Of a stretch of DNA of 64,000 bases, positions 39,829 to 50,946 are shown piece after piece. The DNA lies in assembly GCA_965218095.1 (NCBI GenBank), contig OZ244587.1, positions 4,864,001-4,928,000 of the forward strand, in the 5' to 3' direction. The stretch's first letter is position 1; every line of letters begins with the position of its first letter. The notes under the pieces are model-generated. The model made no database searches. It saw only the letters and a list, made by a program, of their open reading frames with translations, and was not told where the DNA came from. The position numbers and the translations under genes were made by a program. The stretch is from Candidatus Poribacteria bacterium. Lineage in GTDB: Bacteria > Poribacteria > WGA-4E > PCPOR2b.

Positions 39829-42783
39829 ATGCCGACGTATACAGAAGAAAATTTTGAAGATCACATCGAAGCGCAGTTGAACCGGGCGGGCTATCGGTCG
39901 CGACAACCCGCTATCTATAATAAAGACCTCTGCTTGATACCCAATGAGACACTGCAATTTATTCGGGATACGCAACTGGAGGAGTATCAGAAACTGGAAC
40001 GCCAGTACGAGGAAAAGACGCCAGTTAACCTCATCAACCGTGTGAGCAAAGAGATTGAACGTCGCGGGGTGTTGGACGTACTGCGGAAAGGGGTTAGAGA
40101 CAGGGGGTGTTACTTTGACCTGACCTACTTTCAACCGTCAAGTGGCATGAACCCCGACCATCAAAGGCTCTACGCGCAGAACCGATTCTCTCTGATTCGG
40201 CAGCTAAAGTATTCACAGAAAGGCGGAGAATCGCTTGATATGGCGTTGTTCCTCAACGGTTTACTGTTAATAACAATGGAACTGAAGAACAGCCTCACCG
40301 GTCAGGTAGTGACAGATGCGGAGAAACAGTACCGGACCGAACGGGATCCGAGAGAGCCGTTGTTCCAATTCAAGCGGTGTCTGGTTCACTTTGCGGTGGG
40401 GAACGAAAAGATTTCGATGACGACCCACTTGCGGGGAGACCAGACGCGATTCTTTCCGTTTAACAAGGGGGTCGAAAACCCGGTGAATCCGGACGGTCAC
40501 AAGGTCGCCTACCTGTGGGAAGACATCCTACAACCCGGTAACCTGATGGAGTTAATCAACAGCTTTATCCATGAGCAGGAGGTTACAGAAAAGGTTTACG
40601 ACCCCGGACGCGACGCGGTGAAAGATGTGAAGCGCCGCGTGCTCGTTTTCCCTCGATACCATCAGCTTGACGTGATCCGTCAGTTGAAGAAGGCTATCGT
40701 TGCGGAGGGGGTTGGGCGCAACTACCTGATCCAACACGCCACAGGGAGCGGCAAGTCAAACTCCATCGCATGGTTGGCGCACCTGCTCACGCATCTGTAC
40801 CGTTCTCCAACTGATACAAAGCGCATCTTCGACTCCGTTATCGTCGTAACCGATCGGCGCGTGCTTGACAAGCAACTTCAGGAGACGATCAAACAGTCGG
40901 AACAGGTCGAAGGCGTGGTTCACTCCGTCGATAAAACCTCGGCGCAACTCAGAGGGTTCCTCGAATCTGGCAAAGACATCATCATCTCAACGATTCAGAA
41001 ATTCAGTATGATTGCCGAGACAATCGGGGCACTCAAAAGCAGGACCTTCGCCGTGATTATCGATGAAGCCCACTCCTCGCAGAGCGGCGAGTCCGCAAAG
41101 AACCTCAAAGTGTCGCTCTCGAAAGGGATTCCGGCAGAGATAGAAGATGATGACGACCTCGAAGTATCGGATATGGACGCCCGGATCATTGAGGAGATGG
41201 AACGGCGCGGGGCGCAGGATCATATCTCCTATTTCGGTTTCAGCGGCACACCGAAGAACAAAACTTTGGAACTGTTCGGACGGAAGGACGCGGACGGGAA
41301 ATTTGTCCCGTTCCACGTTTATTCGATGCGCCAGAGTATCAGCGAAGGCTTCACACTCGACGTGTTGCAGAACTACACCACCTTTAAGCGATACTTTCAA
41401 CTGGTCAAAAGTGTGCCGGAGGATAAAGCGTATGAGAAGGGACGGACGCTGCGGATGCTGACGAATTACGTTGACCTACAGCCCCACAGCATTGAGACCA
41501 AGACACGGATTATCCTAGAACACTTCACCGCACGGACCGCAAAGACAATTGAAGGGAAGGGAAGGGCGATGTTGATTACGCCGTCCCGGTTGCACTGCGT
41601 CAGATATAAGTTAGAATTCGATAGGCAGATGCGGGAGATGGATCTCCCCTACGGCTGTCTGGTGGCGTTCAGCGGCACGGTGCACGACACCGATAACGGA
41701 CGGGACTACACGGAAGACGGGATGAATGAGTTACCGTCGCGCGTGTCAATTGCAGACAGTTTCAAGAGTCCTGAGTATCGGATTCTGATTGTGTCTAATA
41801 AGTTCCAGACCGGTTTCGATGAGCCGCTCCTACAGACGATGTACGTCGATAAGCGGCTCGACGGGCTGCAATGTGTCCAGAGCTTAAGCCGCCTGAACCG
41901 AGTCGCTACCGGTAAGACGGAGACGCTAGTGCTTGATTTTGTGAATGAACCCGACCAGATACAAGCGGCGTTTCAGCAATACTATGAAACAACGATGCTT
42001 GAGGAAGAGACCGACCCGAATCGGTTGTATGATCTACAGGGTCAATTGGAGGATTTTAACCTCTACGATGCGGATACGGTCAACCAATTCTGTGTTGTCT
42101 TTTATGACCCGGATCGGCCTGACGAATTTCTACAGGGCATTTTGGATCGGGTCGTTGAGAAGTGGTCAGACCTTGAAACGAATGAGAGGGAAGAATTTCG
42201 TTCTACCTTGCAGAGTTATATTCGCCTCTACGGCTACATCTCACAGTTGATTACCTTCACCGACGCAGCGTTGGAAAAGCTGTACGTTTTCGGTCGCAGT
42301 CTCAACAAGAAGCTGCCGAAACGGGACCACCCTGACCTGCGTGATGTGCTGGCATCTGTCGACTTGGATTCGTTTCGTGTGGAGAAAATCCACGAAGGTC
42401 AGAAACTGCAACTCGAAGCGGGAGATAGCGAAGTCGAAGGGATTGGCAGTGGTGTTCGCGCAGCTAGAGATTCGGTGGAGGATTTACTCTCCAAAATCAT
42501 TCAGACTTTGAACGAGGCCTTTCAGACAGACTTCACAGCGGAAGATAAGGTTGACATTGAAACCATTTACCGAAAAGTTCGTGAGCACGAAGAACTTCGG
42601 CAGGTGATTGAAGGGGATAATTCGGAGAGCAATAAATGGTATAAGTTTGATCGGGTGGTTAATGACATTTTATACGATTTCGTCGATAGTAAGTTGGAAC
42701 TCTTCACGAAATTATCACAACGGGAGGTCAATGCGGATCTTAAGCGTCAACTCTATGAAGCCTATCGTGAGCAACAGCGATAA
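39829..42783 (+). CDS. hsdR: Type I R-M restriction subunit
   Basis: D..ELKN, HATGSGKS, DEAH, SGTPK, QTGFDEP, SRLNR. Confidence 0.95.
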   Translation: MPTYTEENFEDHIEAQLNRAGYRSRQPAIYNKDLCLIPNETLQFIRDTQLEEYQKLERQYEEKTPVNLINRVSKEIERRGVLDVLRKGVRDRGCYFDLTYFQPSSGMNPDHQRLYAQNRFSLIRQLKYSQKGGESLDMALFLNGLLLITMELKNSLTGQVVTDAEKQYRTERDPREPLFQFKRCLVHFAVGNEKISMTTHLRGDQTRFFPFNKGVENPVNPDGHKVAYLWEDILQPGNLMELINSFIHEQEVTEKVYDPGRDAVKDVKRRVLVFPRYHQLDVIRQLKKAIVAEGVGRNYLIQHATGSGKSNSIAWLAHLLTHLYRSPTDTKRIFDSVIVVTDRRVLDKQLQETIKQSEQVEGVVHSVDKTSAQLRGFLESGKDIIISTIQKFSMIAETIGALKSRTFAVIIDEAHSSQSGESAKNLKVSLSKGIPAEIEDDDDLEVSDMDARIIEEMERRGAQDHISYFGFSGTPKNKTLELFGRKDADGKFVPFHVYSMRQSISEGFTLDVLQNYTTFKRYFQLVKSVPEDKAYEKGRTLRMLTNYVDLQPHSIETKTRIILEHFTARTAKTIEGKGRAMLITPSRLHCVRYKLEFDRQMREMDLPYGCLVAFSGTVHDTDNGRDYTEDGMNELPSRVSIADSFKSPEYRILIVSNKFQTGFDEPLLQTMYVDKRLDGLQCVQSLSRLNRVATGKTETLVLDFVNEPDQIQAAFQQYYETTMLEEETDPNRLYDLQGQLEDFNLYDADTVNQFCVVFYDPDRPDEFLQGILDRVVEKWSDLETNEREEFRSTLQSYIRLYGYISQLITFTDAALEKLYVFGRSLNKKLPKRDHPDLRDVLASVDLDSFRVEKIHEGQKLQLEAGDSEVEGIGSGVRAARDSVEDLLSKIIQTLNEAFQTDFTAEDKVDIETIYRKVREHEELRQVIEGDNSESNKWYKFDRVVNDILYDFVDSKLELFTKLSQREVNADLKRQLYEAYREQQR

Positions 42784-42819
42784 TTGTGCGACGACAGGGA
42801 TTTTTGGAAGGAGTTTTAG

Positions 42820-45156
42820 ATGTTTGAACAGTTAATGAAATACCCAATCGACATCTTCCGCAGGGGCGATTTTTATTTCGGCATTCGCCTGCCAGGACTC
42901 ATTCTGTTCCTCATCTTCGTCGCCCTGATTGCCGTGTCGATTTGGGCGTATCGAACGGCCCGGGGGCGTACGCATCGGGGGTTCCGCGGATTTCTGATCT
43001 TCCTCCGAGCCGTCGCGCTCTGTGGACTTGCGTTCTGTCTGCTCAAGCCTTTTGTCGCAATCTACCAAACAAGCCCGGACGATTCCTACCTCTTGCTACT
43101 GTTGGACGAATCCAAGAGTATGCAGGTGACCGATTCCGTCAATCAGGAATCCCGTCTGAGCAGGGTGAACCACCTGCTCTTTGACCCGGAGGGTGGGATA
43201 CTGAATTTGCTCAATGAGAGATTCAAGACACGGTTGTTCTCCTTTGCTGCCAGTCCAAAACGGATGGCTCCCGTTGCGCTAACTCAGGCGAACGGCGAAA
43301 CCACCAATATCCCCGTTGCGCTGAATGAGGCATTAGACAATTTGCAGGGCGTGCCCCTATCGGGCGTGGTTATTTTCTCTGACGGTGCGGATAGGAGCGG
43401 CGAAGATATCACCAAACTCGCCTTTCGGATGCGGGAACGCAAGATGCCTGTTCATACGGTTGGCGTCGGTTCAGCGGAAGGAATCGACGATATTGAAATC
43501 GTGAAAATTGATGTCCCTCGCACGGCGGAAGAGGATTTTCCTGTTGAAATTTGGGTAACTGTCAGTTGGAAGGGTTATGACCAACGCGCTGTCACGCTGA
43601 GACTGAAGGATAAAAACCGTGTCGTCAAAATGCTGACTGTAAATCTTGATAAAGATCAGCCAACCCGTCGTGTGCCAATCAAATTTATCCCGCGCAATCC
43701 GGGAACTCAAAAGTATGTGGTTGAAATTTCACCCGAAACTGACGAAGCCATTCCGCAAAACAATACCAAAAAATTCCTGCTAAAGGTTGCTCCGAGCAAG
43801 CGGGTCAAGATTTTATACGTTGATGGTCGACCACGTCCGGAACTTAAATTCATCAGGCGTGCCTTTGAGAACGATCCGAATATCCGATTGACAGTTCGAT
43901 ACTTCATTGATGATACGAATATCGGAGGAACGAAAAGTGTCACTGAACATGAATTTGACCTCTATCCGAACTCAAAAGAAGTGCTCTTTGATTATGATGC
44001 AATCATCTTTGGCAACATCGCGGCGTCAGCCTTTACGAAGCAACAGCTTGAAAACACAGCGGAATTTGTACGGACGCGCGGCGGCGGATTTCTGATGCTT
44101 GGCGGGTCAAGTTCGTTAAGCAATCACAATACAGAGGATTCCTACATCAATACGCCGATTGCACAGATTCTTCCGGTCGAACTTGAGTTGGGGACGCCAC
44201 CGGTCCCGCCCCCGGCGAGACACCGGTTTGCAATCCCTCCACTACGAGATCGGAAGCCCCCGGAACTAGGATATGCATTACAGTTGACCGCTGAAGGGAA
44301 AACGGATCCGTTGATGGCTTTAGCGGACCAGCCACGCGCGAACGTGATGCGTTGGGGCAAACTGCGAACCTTAATTGGCTATAGCCGGGTGCAGCGAGCG
44401 AAAGCCGGCGCGACAGTCCTCGCTGTGCATCCCACAGACCGCAATGAATTCGGCAATCGCATTCTCATCGCAACCCACAACTACAATGCAGGTCGTGTCA
44501 TGGTCTTCACGCCTTCCAGTTCGTGGCGCTGGCAGATGCTAATGCCGCATGAGGATGAAAGCCATGAACGCTTCTGGCGTCAGGTGGCCAAATGGTTGAC
44601 AACAATTCCAAAAGATCAACTCAAACTCGATATTGCAAAAACTTCATATGCTCTAAAAGAGCCTGTGGTTATCGAGGCAGCCGCTTATAATCACCAATTT
44701 GAATTGACCAATCAAGCAAAAGTGCGTGTAATCATCATAGATGGGAATGGAAAAAAAAGAGAGCTTCATCTTGAACAGGTACTTGGAAAGGATGGATTAT
44801 ACGCGACCCGATTTATCCCCCCTCGGCGCGGCGAGTATCGGGTGGATCTGATTGGCAGCTTAGGCAGTAAAAGTTTAGGTGGACAGCACGGACTCTTTGA
44901 GGTCGCGGAGTCCCACGCTGAGTTCACGAATGCGGAACTTAACACACAATTGCTGCAAACCCTTGCCAAGACCAGTGGCGGCGAATACTATACCCTCGAC
45001 GATGCGTCAGAGATGGTGAACCACATCCCCTTAGTTGAAAGTGCAACATCGCGCCTTGTCGAGGAGGATGTTTGGGACATGCCGCTCATTTTCGGAAGCG
45101 TCACCCTGCTTTTCGGGTTAGAATGGTTCCTACGTAAACGGCGCGGTTTGGCTTAA
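42820..45156 (+). CDS. Membrane protein with vWA-like and glutamine amidotransferase-like domains
   Basis: N-terminal TMs, DESKSM, FSDG, GGGFLMLGG, EWFLRKRRGL end. Confidence 0.8.
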   Translation: MFEQLMKYPIDIFRRGDFYFGIRLPGLILFLIFVALIAVSIWAYRTARGRTHRGFRGFLIFLRAVALCGLAFCLLKPFVAIYQTSPDDSYLLLLLDESKSMQVTDSVNQESRLSRVNHLLFDPEGGILNLLNERFKTRLFSFAASPKRMAPVALTQANGETTNIPVALNEALDNLQGVPLSGVVIFSDGADRSGEDITKLAFRMRERKMPVHTVGVGSAEGIDDIEIVKIDVPRTAEEDFPVEIWVTVSWKGYDQRAVTLRLKDKNRVVKMLTVNLDKDQPTRRVPIKFIPRNPGTQKYVVEISPETDEAIPQNNTKKFLLKVAPSKRVKILYVDGRPRPELKFIRRAFENDPNIRLTVRYFIDDTNIGGTKSVTEHEFDLYPNSKEVLFDYDAIIFGNIAASAFTKQQLENTAEFVRTRGGGFLMLGGSSSLSNHNTEDSYINTPIAQILPVELELGTPPVPPPARHRFAIPPLRDRKPPELGYALQLTAEGKTDPLMALADQPRANVMRWGKLRTLIGYSRVQRAKAGATVLAVHPTDRNEFGNRILIATHNYNAGRVMVFTPSSSWRWQMLMPHEDESHERFWRQVAKWLTTIPKDQLKLDIAKTSYALKEPVVIEAAAYNHQFELTNQAKVRVIIIDGNGKKRELHLEQVLGKDGLYATRFIPPRRGEYRVDLIGSLGSKSLGGQHGLFEVAESHAEFTNAELNTQLLQTLAKTSGGEYYTLDDASEMVNHIPLVESATSRLVEEDVWDMPLIFGSVTLLFGLEWFLRKRRGLA

Positions 45157-45303
45157 AAGGAAAGAGCTTTCCCTTTTCGGCGACGCGCTCATAAATTGAC
45201 ATACTCTCAAACCCTCCCTGTAACCTCCGTCAAGTGCTTCATCCCGATCCTATCAGGGGGTTGGCTGGAAGCTTGTCTGTAAATTTGATAAAGGAGTCAT
45301 AAA

Positions 45304-46500
45304 TTGAATCAGAATCTACCTGATGCAACAGGGCATTTCGGAGAATTCGGCGGTAGATATGCCCCGGAGACGTTAATGTCCCCGCTATTAGAACTTGAAG
45401 ACGCCTATCTGTCCTTAAAGGACGATTCCGATTTTCAAGAGGAATTTCAGTACTACCTCCGCGAATATGTGGGGCGTCCCAACCCGATGTATTACGCCGA
45501 GCGTTTAAGCGAAGAACTCGGTGGCGCCAAGATCTATCTCAAGCGGGAAGACCTCAATCACACGGGGGCGCACAAAATCAACAATACCATCGGACAGATC
45601 TTGCTCGCCCGACGGATGGGCAAAAAGCGGATTATCGCCGAAACGGGCGCCGGACAACACGGCGTCGCGACGGCAACGGTGACAGCAAAATTCAACATGG
45701 AATGCAAAGTCTATATGGGCGAAGAAGACATGGAACGTCAAGCCCTGAACGTCTTTCGCATGCGATTGCTGGGCACAACGGTGACGCCGGTGAACTCTGG
45801 TTCGTGTACCCTCAAGGACGCAATCAACGCCGCTTTCCGCGATTGGGTGACGAATGTTCGGACGACATATTATTTGATTGGATCTGTCGTTGGGCCGCAC
45901 CCGTATCCGATGATCGTTCGAGATTTTCAAGCCGTCATTGGTCGGGAAGCCAGAGCACAGATTCTTGAGAAAACGGGGCGGTTGCCAGATTGCGTGGTTG
46001 CCTGCGTCGGCGGCGGCAGCAATTCGATCGGCATGTTTTACCCTTTTTACGCGGATAGCGCTGTGAAGCTAATCGGCGTCGAAGCGGCAGGCGAAAGTAT
46101 ACTCAGTGGCAAACATGCGGCGACGATTAGCGCCGGCAGCGTTGGCGTGTTTCATGGGGCAAAGTGCTATCTGCTACAGGAAGATGATGGGCAGATCACG
46201 CCTGCACACTCGATTTCGGCGGGTTTGGATTACCCCGGTGTTGGTCCCGAACATAGTTTTTACAAGGCAACGGGTCGCGCCGAATATGTATCCGTTACCG
46301 ACGAGGAATCCGTTGAAGGGTTTAAGCTGCTATCGGAATCGGAAGGAATCATCCCCGCACTTGAGGTCGCTCACGCAATCGCTTACGTCCGCAAACTCGC
46401 TCCGACACTGGATCACGATGAAATCATAGTTGTCTGTCTCTCTGGGCGTGGAGATAAAGACGTGTATACAATTGCCAAAGTACTCGGCGTCGAATCGTAG
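45304..46500 (+). CDS. trpB: Tryptophan synthase beta chain
   Basis: [35 protein letters not shown]. Confidence 0.98.
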   Translation: MNQNLPDATGHFGEFGGRYAPETLMSPLLELEDAYLSLKDDSDFQEEFQYYLREYVGRPNPMYYAERLSEELGGAKIYLKREDLNHTGAHKINNTIGQILLARRMGKKRIIAETGAGQHGVATATVTAKFNMECKVYMGEEDMERQALNVFRMRLLGTTVTPVNSGSCTLKDAINAAFRDWVTNVRTTYYLIGSVVGPHPYPMIVRDFQAVIGREARAQILEKTGRLPDCVVACVGGGSNSIGMFYPFYADSAVKLIGVEAAGESILSGKHAATISAGSVGVFHGAKCYLLQEDDGQITPAHSISAGLDYPGVGPEHSFYKATGRAEYVSVTDEESVEGFKLLSESEGIIPALEVAHAIAYVRKLAPTLDHDEIIVVCLSGRGDKDVYTIAKVLGVES

Positions 46501-46501
46501 C

Positions 46502-47128
46502 ATGAAGGAAACCGAAGAACAAAGATACAGGAAATCCGGAAGTTCATTGGTTCATTCACGTATTATGCAAGACCCATGGCAAGCCCGACATAGGAAGAAC
46601 AAACAATTCGAGAGGCTTAAAGAATGGATTCTCCCCAAACTCAAGTACATACTGACACGGTGGGTTCTCCTTCCTAAGCTGAGGTCAGAGTCAGCAGAGG
46701 TACGATCCTATGTCGCCCAGGTGTTGGAGGAAATGGGAGATGTACAAGCCGTGCAGCCACTTATCGAAACCTTGCAAGATACAGACAGCACTGTCCGTCG
46801 TTTTGCAATCTCCTCGCTTGGGAAGTTGCGCGATGGGCGTGCTGTTGAGTCGTTGATTCCTTTTCTGAACGATGAGGAACCGGATATGCGCTGTGCTGCT
46901 GCTGTCGCACTAGGTGACTTGAGGGATGCCCGTGGCGTTGAACCGTTGATTGAAGCTTTGTACGACCCAGATCGGTCAGTCTGTTCAGCGACGATCATTG
47001 CCCTCGGTAAAATTGGTGGCCAGCAAGCCATTGAACCACTCAGCAAGTTGGCGAGGACGACTTCCAGTGAGTGGGTGCGTCGCTACGTGAGTGAGACGTT
47101 ACATCAGATCGACGAACATGAAACGTGA
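46502..47128 (+). CDS. HEAT/PBS-lyase repeat protein
   Basis: Four to five VR..A..ALG....AVEPLI.AL.D repeats; start uncertain. Confidence 0.8.
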   Translation: MKETEEQRYRKSGSSLVHSRIMQDPWQARHRKNKQFERLKEWILPKLKYILTRWVLLPKLRSESAEVRSYVAQVLEEMGDVQAVQPLIETLQDTDSTVRRFAISSLGKLRDGRAVESLIPFLNDEEPDMRCAAAVALGDLRDARGVEPLIEALYDPDRSVCSATIIALGKIGGQQAIEPLSKLARTTSSEWVRRYVSETLHQIDEHET

Positions 47129-47299
47129 TGTGGAAAAGGACTCTTCGATTCTCGGAGCATAGCCTACCCCCGCGAAGCAAATTTACGACTGAAACAGAAT
47201 TGATCATTCCAAACGGCTTAATAGATCTGCAAATGACGCAATACACAATTGGCTATCCGATTTCAGACCGAAAGAATAACATAGAGAAGAGGTGTTATA

Positions 47300-48106
47300 T
47301 TGAATCGAATTGAAGCAAAATTTAAGGAATTACGGGCGAAGGGAGAAAGTGCGTTTATGCCATACGCCTGCGCAGGCGATCCGACTCCAGAGATGACCCG
47401 CAAGCTTATCTTGACATTTGAAGAAGTGGGGGCCGACCTGATTGAACTTGGTGTGCCATTTTCTGATCCCATCGCGGATGGCCCGACCATTCAGAGGGCA
47501 AGTGAACGAGCGTTGGCACATAGAATTTCACTGCGACAGATTCTTGATATGGTTGATGGCCTCCGGCAGGAAACAGATATTCCGATCGCGTTGATGACTT
47601 ACTACAATCCAATCTTTCGGATGGGAGTCGCTGAATTTTGTGCCGCGGCATCCGAGGTAGGCGTGGATGGGGTAATCATTCCAGATCTGCCGCCGGAGGA
47701 AGCGGGTACACTGTTAGAAATCGCTCCAGCCCACAACCTCGCCACAATCTTCCTCGTTGCCCCTACAAGTCCATCCGAACGAATGCGTCTCATTTCATCC
47801 ATCGGCACCGGTTTTATCTACTGTGTTTCGGTGACAGGTGTCACGGGAGCGCGGGATTCGCTCTCAGGAGAGATCCGCCCGATGATTACTCAATTGCGGA
47901 ATCACACCGAAATGCCGATTTGCGTCGGCTTTGGGATTTCGACAAAAGCGCAAGCACATAGTGTAGCGCAAATAGCGGACGGGGTCATCGTTGCGAGTGC
48001 CATCATCAACGAGATTGAAAAGCATCTGAGCGATGATGAAAAGATCTTGTCGAGCGTGAGGGAATTTGCGGGAGAATTGGCGAGGGGAGTGAAGGGAGAA
48101 ATTTGA
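47300..48106 (+). CDS. trpA: Tryptophan synthase alpha chain
   Basis: ELGVPFSDPIADGPTIQ, PDLPPEE, GVTG, VGFGI. Confidence 0.97.
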   Translation: MNRIEAKFKELRAKGESAFMPYACAGDPTPEMTRKLILTFEEVGADLIELGVPFSDPIADGPTIQRASERALAHRISLRQILDMVDGLRQETDIPIALMTYYNPIFRMGVAEFCAAASEVGVDGVIIPDLPPEEAGTLLEIAPAHNLATIFLVAPTSPSERMRLISSIGTGFIYCVSVTGVTGARDSLSGEIRPMITQLRNHTEMPICVGFGISTKAQAHSVAQIADGVIVASAIINEIEKHLSDDEKILSSVREFAGELARGVKGEI

Positions 48107-48112
48107 CAAAAA

Positions 48113-48145
48113 AACCTTCCGAAAGTTCCAAACCTTCGGAAGGTT
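48113..48145. repeat. REP-like palindrome, copy 3 (possible terminator after trpA)
   Basis: AACCTTCCGAAAGTT-CCA-AACCTTCGGAAGGTT. Confidence 0.7.
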
Positions 48146-48186
48146 AAGGGCATCTCAAGAAAACAGAATTCGGAGACATCGTAAAA

Positions 48187-48405
48187 CTAGACCCGATAGG
48201 GACGGCAGCGAGATTGTAATGAGGCGAGATGGGGTTTCTCTTTCGGGTGGATATTGAAAGCAAATTCGTCACAAATATGTGACAGGTTATCAATAAAATT
48301 CGTCCAACTGTATTCTTTACCGGTCCGGACTTGCCCATCCGCAAGAAGTAGAGCCAGTTCGTAGAAATTCAGACGATTCTTTTGAGAGAATTTGTGTGTT
48401 GTCAT
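48187..48405 (-). CDS. Small hypothetical protein
   Basis: 72 aa, SD AAAGGA, sigma54-like motif upstream. Confidence 0.35.
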   Translation of the reverse strand: MTTHKFSQKNRLNFYELALLLADGQVRTGKEYSWTNFIDNLSHICDEFAFNIHPKEKPHLASLQSRCRPYRV

Positions 48406-48613
48406 AATTTATTTCCTTTCTGTTTAACCTTATTGAAGCCGCCCTTTGAAAGTACGGTATCAATATTTAGCTGATTTGATCTATAGGCGCCGTTCTAAGT
48501 TACAGTTTTAAGAGCATAGGGGTCTGAACTATGAATGTGTTTTGATCTCATGTCCCTACAGCTTTGGACAATAAGAAAGCTAGCAAAGAGGCAAAATCGT
48601 TTCTATAGAGTTA

Positions 48614-48630
48614 AGCAATAATAATGCCAA
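48614..48630 (-). promoter_or_regulatory. sigma54-type (-24/-12) promoter
   Basis: Minus strand TTGGCATTATTATTGCT: GG-N10-GC. Confidence 0.5.
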
Positions 48631-48639
48631 AATTTGTCG

Positions 48640-48668
48640 TTGACACCCCCTGGTGAATCTGGTATGCT
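48640..48668 (+). promoter_or_regulatory. sigma70-type promoter
   Basis: TTGACA-17 bp-TATGCT, about 420 bp upstream of gltX. Confidence 0.5.
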
Positions 48669-49091
48669 TTAACGCCTTCCCGTTTCACAGCGCCGAAACA
48701 GAATCTCATTTCACGCACCTTACCCGATCTATCGGCGCGGTACATGAGATGAACATTTAATCAATTCTTGTTTATTCGGCAAGTTGGCAAAAATCGGGCA
48801 GATGCCTGTCCATCTCAGGCAGATTTTGTGCAGTATCGGGTTTTTCAACGCCGCTAATACGATGCCGTCAAGAACCATCATATTTGTAAGGATCCAAACG
48901 ATATTCAGTGATGGCTAACACTGATAAAGCCATATTTATGAAACGTCCAAATTTCCGTCAGGTTACTGGAAATTGCTCGCAGATAATATCTGTACGAGGG
49001 GCATGATGTGTCAAATCTATGTTTCACAATGGCAACAGTATGTCTCAAAAATCGCACAATAAACTTGTAACATGAAGGAGTAAATACCACA

Positions 49092-50564
49092 ATGGGAATG
49101 AATCAGCCAGTTAGAGTTCGCTTTGCCCCCTCTCCAACGGGATTTCTCCATATTGGAAGTGCACGCACGGCGTTATTTAATTGGCTTTTCGCAAGGCATC
49201 ATGGCGAAAAATTTATCCTCCGGATTGACGATACCGACGAAGCCAGATCCACTGAGGAATTGATGCGAGAGATCTACGATTCGATGGAATGGCTTGGACT
49301 GGATTGGAATGAGGGACCGGTTGTGGGTGGGCCGCACGCGCCTTATGTGCAGTCGGAGCGGAGCGATCTTTATCGGAAATATGTGCAGCAGTTGCTCGAC
49401 AGCGGGGGCGCATACCGTTGCTACTGTACCGCCGAGGAATTGGACCAGATGCGGGCACAAGCCCGGGCTGAAAAGCGCTCACTGGGATACACTGGAAAGT
49501 GCAGGCATTTGACGGAGGCAGATCGGCGGAAACTGGAGGCGGAGGGGCGTCAATCCACAGTCCGACTCAAAATCACGAGCGGTACAATCATTGTGCCCGA
49601 TTTGGTGCTTGATTCGGTGAAATTTGAAGCGGATATACTCGACGACTTTATTATTGTCAAATCCAACGGATCGCCGTTGTACAATTTTACATCCATCATT
49701 GATGACATTGAGATGGGAATTACCCATGTCATCCGTGGCGCGGATCACCTCGCCAATACGCCGAAGCAGATCTTGATTTGTCAGGCGCTTGGCTCGGAAC
49801 CACCGCAATTTGCGCATCTGCCGATGGTACTTGGCAGCAGCAAAGGGGAAAAGTTGAGCAAGCGTCATGGCGCAACCTCCGTCGGACAATATCGTGAGGA
49901 CGGATATCTCCCCGAAGCGTTGATCAATTTTCTCGTGCGGCTTGGTTGGTCTTACGATGACAAAGCGGAAATTTTTTCCGTTGACGAATTGATCGAGCGG
50001 TTTGATCTCGATCGTGTTGGAAAGAGCGGTAGTGTGTTTGACATCAAGAAACTGCAATGGCTGAATGGGCATTATGTGATGAAGTTAGAGCTCCCCACAC
50101 GTACCGATGCGGTCATCCCGTTCTTGCAGAAGGCTGGATTGCTGGAAGCCCATCCGTCGCCGGCGCGTCGGGCGTGGCTGGAAAAAATCGTTGAGGCAAT
50201 TGACGATCGACTGACGACGCTCGCAGATGTTATCACCTATAGCTACTTTTTCTCGGATGATTTCGACTATGATCCAAAGGCGGTCAAGAGGTGGTGGAAG
50301 GGCGATCCAGTCGGGATTTTGCAGGGGTTGCGTGAGATTTTGGCGGGGATTGATGGGTTTAAAGTGGAAGCGATCGAATCTGCAATCTGGGCGCACATCG
50401 AAGAGAAAGGCGTGAGTCGAATCAAAGCGATGCAGCCGTTACGGATTGCAGTGACCGGTGAATCGGGTGGGCCCGGTTTATTCGACATTATCGTTCTACT
50501 CGGCAGAGAAAGGGTTCTTGAAAGGTTAGACCGAGCAATCCGCTATATTCAGGAAACCTCATAA
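49092..50564 (+). CDS. gltX: Glutamate--tRNA ligase
   Basis: RFAPSPTG, HIGS, CYC, IRGADH, KLSKR. Confidence 0.96.
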   Translation: MGMNQPVRVRFAPSPTGFLHIGSARTALFNWLFARHHGEKFILRIDDTDEARSTEELMREIYDSMEWLGLDWNEGPVVGGPHAPYVQSERSDLYRKYVQQLLDSGGAYRCYCTAEELDQMRAQARAEKRSLGYTGKCRHLTEADRRKLEAEGRQSTVRLKITSGTIIVPDLVLDSVKFEADILDDFIIVKSNGSPLYNFTSIIDDIEMGITHVIRGADHLANTPKQILICQALGSEPPQFAHLPMVLGSSKGEKLSKRHGATSVGQYREDGYLPEALINFLVRLGWSYDDKAEIFSVDELIERFDLDRVGKSGSVFDIKKLQWLNGHYVMKLELPTRTDAVIPFLQKAGLLEAHPSPARRAWLEKIVEAIDDRLTTLADVITYSYFFSDDFDYDPKAVKRWWKGDPVGILQGLREILAGIDGFKVEAIESAIWAHIEEKGVSRIKAMQPLRIAVTGESGGPGLFDIIVLLGRERVLERLDRAIRYIQETS

Positions 50565-50717
50565 CACCACAATCTTCATCGTTGCATCCCCCACGGGATC
50601 CTTCTCACTATTTCTTCTTGACCCACCGCTGATACTCCTCCCACACATCTTCAGGGCTGACGAACGGTTTGAAGACCACACGGCCGCTAAAATTCTTGAA
50701 GTTTATCCTGGAACAAA

Positions 50718-50858
50718 TAGGACTTACGCACTTCAGTAGGGAACACCCCGATAAGATCGGGGTGTTGTGTTGTGCGGCGATGAATCGCCGAACTACAAGT
50801 TGCTTTGAATCCCGATCTCCGCATCGGAGGCTTCGAGTGTTCAACTGCGTAAGTCCTA
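50718..50858. mobile_element. MITE with 13-bp TIRs and 5-bp target duplication
   Basis: TAGGACTTACGCA...TGCGTAAGTCCTA, ACAAA on both flanks; contains internal palindromes. Confidence 0.8.
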
Positions 50859-50946
50859 ACAAAATACGAGGATACGGCAATAAGCAAGTTAATTCCACTG
50901 TTAAATCGGAGGCTGACACGAGCGAAAAAAGTAGAAAGGACACCCA

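Noticed and set aside
48670-49091. T-box leader for gltX
   Set aside because: No GGTGG-ACC-CG T-box motif or terminator/antiterminator visible.
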